DNA of 31,952 nt from a virus (Duplodnaviria; Caudoviricetes): the IMG/VR virus record IMGVR_UViG_3300033182_000404, positions 1-31,952 of that record. One strand, given 5' to 3'. Shown one piece after another: positions 28,410 through 31,952 of this stretch. The position numbers and the translations under genes were made by a program. The notes under the pieces were generated by a model. It ran no database searches. It saw nothing but the letters and a program-made list of their open reading frames with translations, and was not told where the DNA came from. How positions within the stretch are numbered: position 1 is the stretch's first letter; each line of letters begins with the position of its first letter.

Positions 28410-29107
28410 CGTTTTCTATATTCTTGTTCTTTATTATTGACACTATTCCAAGTATCTAAAAACTCCTGATCAACATTAGAAAGCAATCCCACACTCGACT
28501 CAATTTCAATAATTGGAATAAAGTGTGCAACTGGTGTTCCTTTTTCAATAGTTATATTTTTAGAAAATAGCATTGGCAAATGTAAGTATGGGTAAAAACT
28601 TGTATCAATAATTCCAGGCATTATTTGAAAATCTGTATGTTCTAGCAACAAAGGTAATACTAATAGTTTTGTTCCTTTTGATGACCGTGCTTTAATAGGA
28701 TTAATTAATTTTATCGCATGGTTATACTCATGTCGTATTGGTAAGTCTAAGAATTGGCTCACATGATGGATATCCCAAGATATATGCGGATTTTCACTTT
28801 CTAATAACGGCCATCCGGTGTTTCCTTTAAAGTTTTTTATAGGACACATATTATCTCTATTTGTGTCTTGTGTTATACTTACATTTACAGTTTCCCACAT
28901 ATGTAAAATATAACCTGTAGATAAAAAATCTATAATTCCGGGACATTTTTTAATAGTAGAAAAATTATAATTTCCTTGAGGTAAATTTGACGTATCAACA
29001 GGGCAAGTATCTAGTTGATTTTTAAACCATTGTGGTATACATTTTTTTGCAGGTTTGATTATTTCTAATAAATCTTCGTATTCTGTAAAAAATTTCATAG
29101 TTACCAT
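28406..29107 (-). CDS. Conserved phage protein (DUF6065-like; possibly dUTPase-like beta fold)
   Basis: KPAKK.IPQWFK, TIKKCPGIIDFL..GY, PGIIDT, I.KGTPVAHFIP. Confidence 0.6.
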   Translation of the reverse strand: MVTMKFFTEYEDLLEIIKPAKKCIPQWFKNQLDTCPVDTSNLPQGNYNFSTIKKCPGIIDFLSTGYILHMWETVNVSITQDTNRDNMCPIKNFKGNTGWPLLESENPHISWDIHHVSQFLDLPIRHEYNHAIKLINPIKARSSKGTKLLVLPLLLEHTDFQIMPGIIDTSFYPYLHLPMLFSKNITIEKGTPVAHFIPIIEIESSVGLLSNVDQEFLDTWNSVNNKEQEYRKR

Positions 29108-29271
29108 TTTTTAATCGGACAATGAAAAACAGGTATTCTTGCTTTTACTTGTAAAAAGCAACCACAGCGTTTGCATAATTGTAAACTTTTGTGATAGTAT
29201 TTGCACTGCTTACAAATATCTATCTTTTGTTCAAAAGTTAATTTACCATCTTCCGTCTGGGCACCTTTCAT
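29101..29271 (-). CDS. Small Cys-rich protein, paralogue 3 (56 aa; missing from the ORF track)
   Basis: Manual translation MKGAQTEDGKLTFEQKIDICKQCKYYHKSLQLCKRCGCFLQVKARIPVFHCPIKKW*; overlaps both neighbours and fills the gap between them. Confidence 0.85.
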   Translation of the reverse strand: MKGAQTEDGKLTFEQKIDICKQCKYYHKSLQLCKRCGCFLQVKARIPVFHCPIKKW

Positions 29272-29518
29272 TTTTCCAACACGCCTTATATCTTAGGTTA
29301 CATCCGCAAAGTTGACAATTTGTAAAACTACTAAATCTTGGGGGAACTTCGCCACCTATCCAATGACGATATTTGTATTCGCAGTTTTGGCATTCACGTC
29401 TACGTTTACGAAAGGTATCAGTATCAACTAACACATCATCATCGTGGGCATTGGGAATATAATCTTGATATCTAGGATCATCCAATAGAGGATATGTATG
29501 CTTAATCTCTTCTGACAT
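29243..29518 (-). CDS. Small Cys-rich protein, paralogue 4
   Basis: RRRECQNC...CQLCGC...K.....CPDGRW; TAAATA 5 nt upstream of the ATG. Confidence 0.82.
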   Translation of the reverse strand: MSEEIKHTYPLLDDPRYQDYIPNAHDDDVLVDTDTFRKRRRECQNCEYKYRHWIGGEVPPRFSSFTNCQLCGCNLRYKACWKNERCPDGRW

Positions 29519-29523
29519 ACACC

Positions 29524-29529
29524 TATTTA
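29524..29529 (-). promoter_or_regulatory. Putative late promoter TAAATA (Cys-rich protein cassette)
   Basis: TAAATA-GGTGT-ATG(29518). Confidence 0.6.
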
Positions 29530-29551
29530 AGCGTTAGATTGTTTTGGTTTT

Positions 29552-31018
29552 TTAGTTTCGAGCGTAAACTCTAACGTAACCGCCGTTAGCCATCCATGAA
29601 CCACGTGCAAATCCGCCTGGGCTACCGCCACAATAGTTAGGATGAGTTCCTAGTCCACTGTTAACGTCGTTACCATTATCATGTGCATTAAAACCAAACA
29701 TCAAAGGCTGTCCACAACCTACGTTACCTCTACTTGTGTTACCGTAAGCATTGTTTGAGTTTGATCCATATCTATCAAATCTAGGCTGACCTGTTCTGTC
29801 ATGCCCAAATACGCCACGCCATGTTCCGTAACTAGTATCAGCGTTCATGTATTGACTTGTGCTAAACATTAAACTGCTAGGTGTGCTAGAACTGTTAAAT
29901 GAGAATGGCATATATGAACTACTACCTGCACCAGGGCCACTAAATCCTGTACCATAAATCATAATGCCGTTACAGTTGTTAAATGTATAGAAACCTCTGT
30001 GTTTAGCAAAGTTTCCGTTTGCTGGTGATGTTTGTAAATTACTTTCACTATACGATGTGCTGTTTGTCCATTCTCCCGAACCGTACTGTTGTCCATCATA
30101 ACTGTAACCACGCATTAACCACATCCAGCCTCCACCTTGATTGCTCATATCAATGTAAACTTGAACAGCACCACTTCCATTAATGTTCATCCAATATAAT
30201 CCACTTGGTGAACCTAAATCTCTAATTGCTGTACTGCTAGTTGCCGCTCTACCTGAACTTGTACCGTCTGGATAAGGATTAACAATAATGTTAAAACTTC
30301 TAGCAACACTTTGTGAATTAGATGTTGCTGTAATACCAAAACTATAAGTTGTCTGACTTCCTACATCTGTTACATCAGCACTTGTAATTGCACCGTTGGC
30401 AGTATTTAAACTAGTGTTTCCTGGTAAACTACCCGAAGTCAACGAATATGTAACTCCGGTGCCATCGGGATCCGTTGCAGTTACACTAGTTGATTGCGAT
30501 CCACGATCTGACCACGTAGCAATATTTCCTGCGCCAGTACTCCAAGTAGGATCTCTATCAATATTACCTGCAGGTTCAAGCACTGCACTTAACCCCGACG
30601 GATTAACTACTTTAATATTATAACTTACACCACCTACAAAATTTACACTACTTGCATTAGTATTTGCTGTTAATTCGCTCGAGTTTACATAAGTTGTAGA
30701 TAGCGCACGTGAACTGCCGCCTGCACCTGCACCTTCAACATATACAATTGATCCACTTTTAAAGTTTGATCCTGTAATTGTAATAGTACTATCGGTGTTT
30801 TCATTAATAGTGCCAGTTTGATTTGTAACAGTTGGAGGTGCATCAATGCCTGCCCATCCTGTGTTATTATATTGTTCTAAAAATCCAAGATCGGTGTTAT
30901 ATCTTAATTTACCAGTAGTAGTTCCTGTACGTTCAGCCGTTGTGCCGTTTGGTAATGTAATGCCATCAGTACCTGAAAAAATTGTATTTTTATTTCTAAA
31001 ATCTTTACTATCGCTCAT
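29552..31018 (-). CDS. Fibre/adhesin B: conserved N-terminal segment, IPT/Ig stalk, fibrinogen-C-like tip
   Basis: LPNGTTAER..LRYNTDLGFLEQY..GW; ITGSNF; ATDPDG; SGLYWMNINGSGAVQVYIDMSNQGGGW resembles the fibrinogen-like G.Y......VYCDM...GGGW. Confidence 0.8.
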   Translation of the reverse strand: MSDSKDFRNKNTIFSGTDGITLPNGTTAERTGTTTGKLRYNTDLGFLEQYNNTGWAGIDAPPTVTNQTGTINENTDSTITITGSNFKSGSIVYVEGAGAGGSSRALSTTYVNSSELTANTNASSVNFVGGVSYNIKVVNPSGLSAVLEPAGNIDRDPTWSTGAGNIATWSDRGSQSTSVTATDPDGTGVTYSLTSGSLPGNTSLNTANGAITSADVTDVGSQTTYSFGITATSNSQSVARSFNIIVNPYPDGTSSGRAATSSTAIRDLGSPSGLYWMNINGSGAVQVYIDMSNQGGGWMWLMRGYSYDGQQYGSGEWTNSTSYSESNLQTSPANGNFAKHRGFYTFNNCNGIMIYGTGFSGPGAGSSSYMPFSFNSSSTPSSLMFSTSQYMNADTSYGTWRGVFGHDRTGQPRFDRYGSNSNNAYGNTSRGNVGCGQPLMFGFNAHDNGNDVNSGLGTHPNYCGGSPGGFARGSWMANGGYVRVYARN

Positions 31019-31019
31019 A

Positions 31020-31952
31020 TTATAACTCCTGGAAGATCCATCCTCTTACTGCTCCGCTATACACTAGCGAAAATCCTTCGTATTGGGTTGATGCTGTTAA
31101 ATCTTGTGTTAATGCCATAATTAATGATCCATTTCTTCCTACAATTAAGTTATTTGTTTGGAAAGTACCATTTACGTCAACAAATCGCACACTATCGCCT
31201 GTATTTGGGCTTGCAGGTAAATTAATCGTAACTGCGCCACTACTAGTATCAACAAAAATTCTATCATTGTTTACTGATGTATAGCCAGTATCTGCTGACG
31301 TTTTAGTAACCCACGGATTGCCGCCACCAATACCGCTCCATGCACCGTTTACATAACCTTCAAAAATATTAAGATCTGTATTATATCGGAAGTACCCATT
31401 TGCAGGACTGTTTGGACGTTGGGCAGTTGATCCTTTTGGTACTAGTTGGTATTGTGCCGCAATTTGTGCAACGGTTGTTCCTGCAATATCAAAATCAATA
31501 GTATCTGTAGATGCTCCGGTGCCTGTAACTGTTACTTTAGACTGTGTTGGACTTGCACCCGCAATAATAGCACTAGCACCTGCAACTTTGCCATCTACAT
31601 AAGTTTTAACTGCTTTTTCGGTAGGCACCGCTTCATCTGAATTATCAGCAAATGTACCATCTGTTGAAAACTCATTAATAGTAGCACCTTGTTTACCTGC
31701 TGTAATACTACCAAGTTGTAATTCATTTAGACCTGCTAAGTCAAACTCTTCAGAACTCAATGTAGCACGACCAGTTGCTTGTTCTACCTTAAAGTAATCA
31801 CCTACTCGGAAGTTACCATCTTGGTCAGTGGTTACGTAGAATACTCGTCCGCCATTCTCTGAAAGTGTTTCTCTTTCTTGGCTTGGTGCTTGTGTATAAT
31901 CACTAGCAATAATAACTGGGTAGTTAGTATCTGCAAAGCCACCTGAACCAAC
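31020..31952 (-). CDS. C-terminal part of a second giant fibre protein (start lies outside the window)
   Basis: Frame is open to the window end: VGSGGFADTNYPVIIASDYTQAPSQERETLSENGGRVFYVTTDQDGNFRVGDYFKVEQATGRATLSSEEFDL, almost identical to the 2177-aa protein. The track's start at 31760 is an internal TTG. Confidence 0.9.
   Translation of the reverse strand, partial: VGSGGFADTNYPVIIASDYTQAPSQERETLSENGGRVFYVTTDQDGNFRVGDYFKVEQATGRATLSSEEFDLAGLNELQLGSITAGKQGATINEFSTDGTFADNSDEAVPTEKAVKTYVDGKVAGASAIIAGASPTQSKVTVTGTGASTDTIDFDIAGTTVAQIAAQYQLVPKGSTAQRPNSPANGYFRYNTDLNIFEGYVNGAWSGIGGGNPWVTKTSADTGYTSVNNDRIFVDTSSGAVTINLPASPNTGDSVRFVDVNGTFQTNNLIVGRNGSLIMALTQDLTASTQYEGFSLVYSGAVRGWIFQEL

Noticed and set aside
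13785-31640. Short alternative-frame or antisense ORFs within the halogenase, U32, adhesin and giant genes
   Set aside because: Shadow ORFs expected from biased codon usage; no independent signals.
31020-31760. Standalone 246-aa gene starting at TTG 31760
   Set aside because: The frame stays open to the window end and matches an internal part of the 2177-aa paralogue, so it is a truncated larger gene.
20860-31952. Diversity-generating retroelement template/variable repeat pair, or assembly duplication
   Set aside because: Differences are mostly synonymous and not adenine-specific, both copies are coding, and no reverse transcriptase is present in the window.
1-31952. Stop-codon reassignment, tRNAs, introns or inteins
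   Set aside because: TAA, TAG and TGA all end plausible full-length genes, coding density is high under the standard code, intergenic gaps are short or occupied by promoters, and I saw no intein motifs.

Overview
This window is part of the morphogenesis region of a large, AT-rich, T4-related myovirus, probably a jumbo phage and plausibly aquatic; the host cannot be determined from the sequence. The left part (1-12.6 kb) is conserved virion-assembly core: a probable small terminase, gp4-like head-completion nuclease, two tail-tube-fold proteins, a 1117-aa tail sheath, neck proteins gp13/gp14 and a gp15-like protein. An HNH-like gene, a dNMP-kinase-like gene with a perfect sigma70 promoter and a NUDIX hydrolase are interspersed. 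The right part (12.6-32 kb) holds two paralogous fibre modules, each a giant multidomain protein followed by an Ig-stalked adhesin with a conserved N-terminus and a different tip. Each adhesin is followed by a cassette of tailoring-type enzymes and small Cys-rich proteins. Together the cassettes encode a flavin-dependent Trp-halogenase, a U32 Fe-S hydroxylase fused to a SAM methyltransferase, a 2OG-Fe(II) oxygenase and four CxxC..CxxCxC..CPxx(K/R)W paralogues, one missing from the ORF track. The giant protein also carries an amicyanin-type Cu-ligand motif and three phycobiliprotein-like CxRDxG repeats. A TAAATA late-promoter motif recurs, often exactly 5 nt before an ATG with no strong SD, suggesting leaderless late mRNAs. 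All family assignments come from reading motifs by eye; no searches were run.
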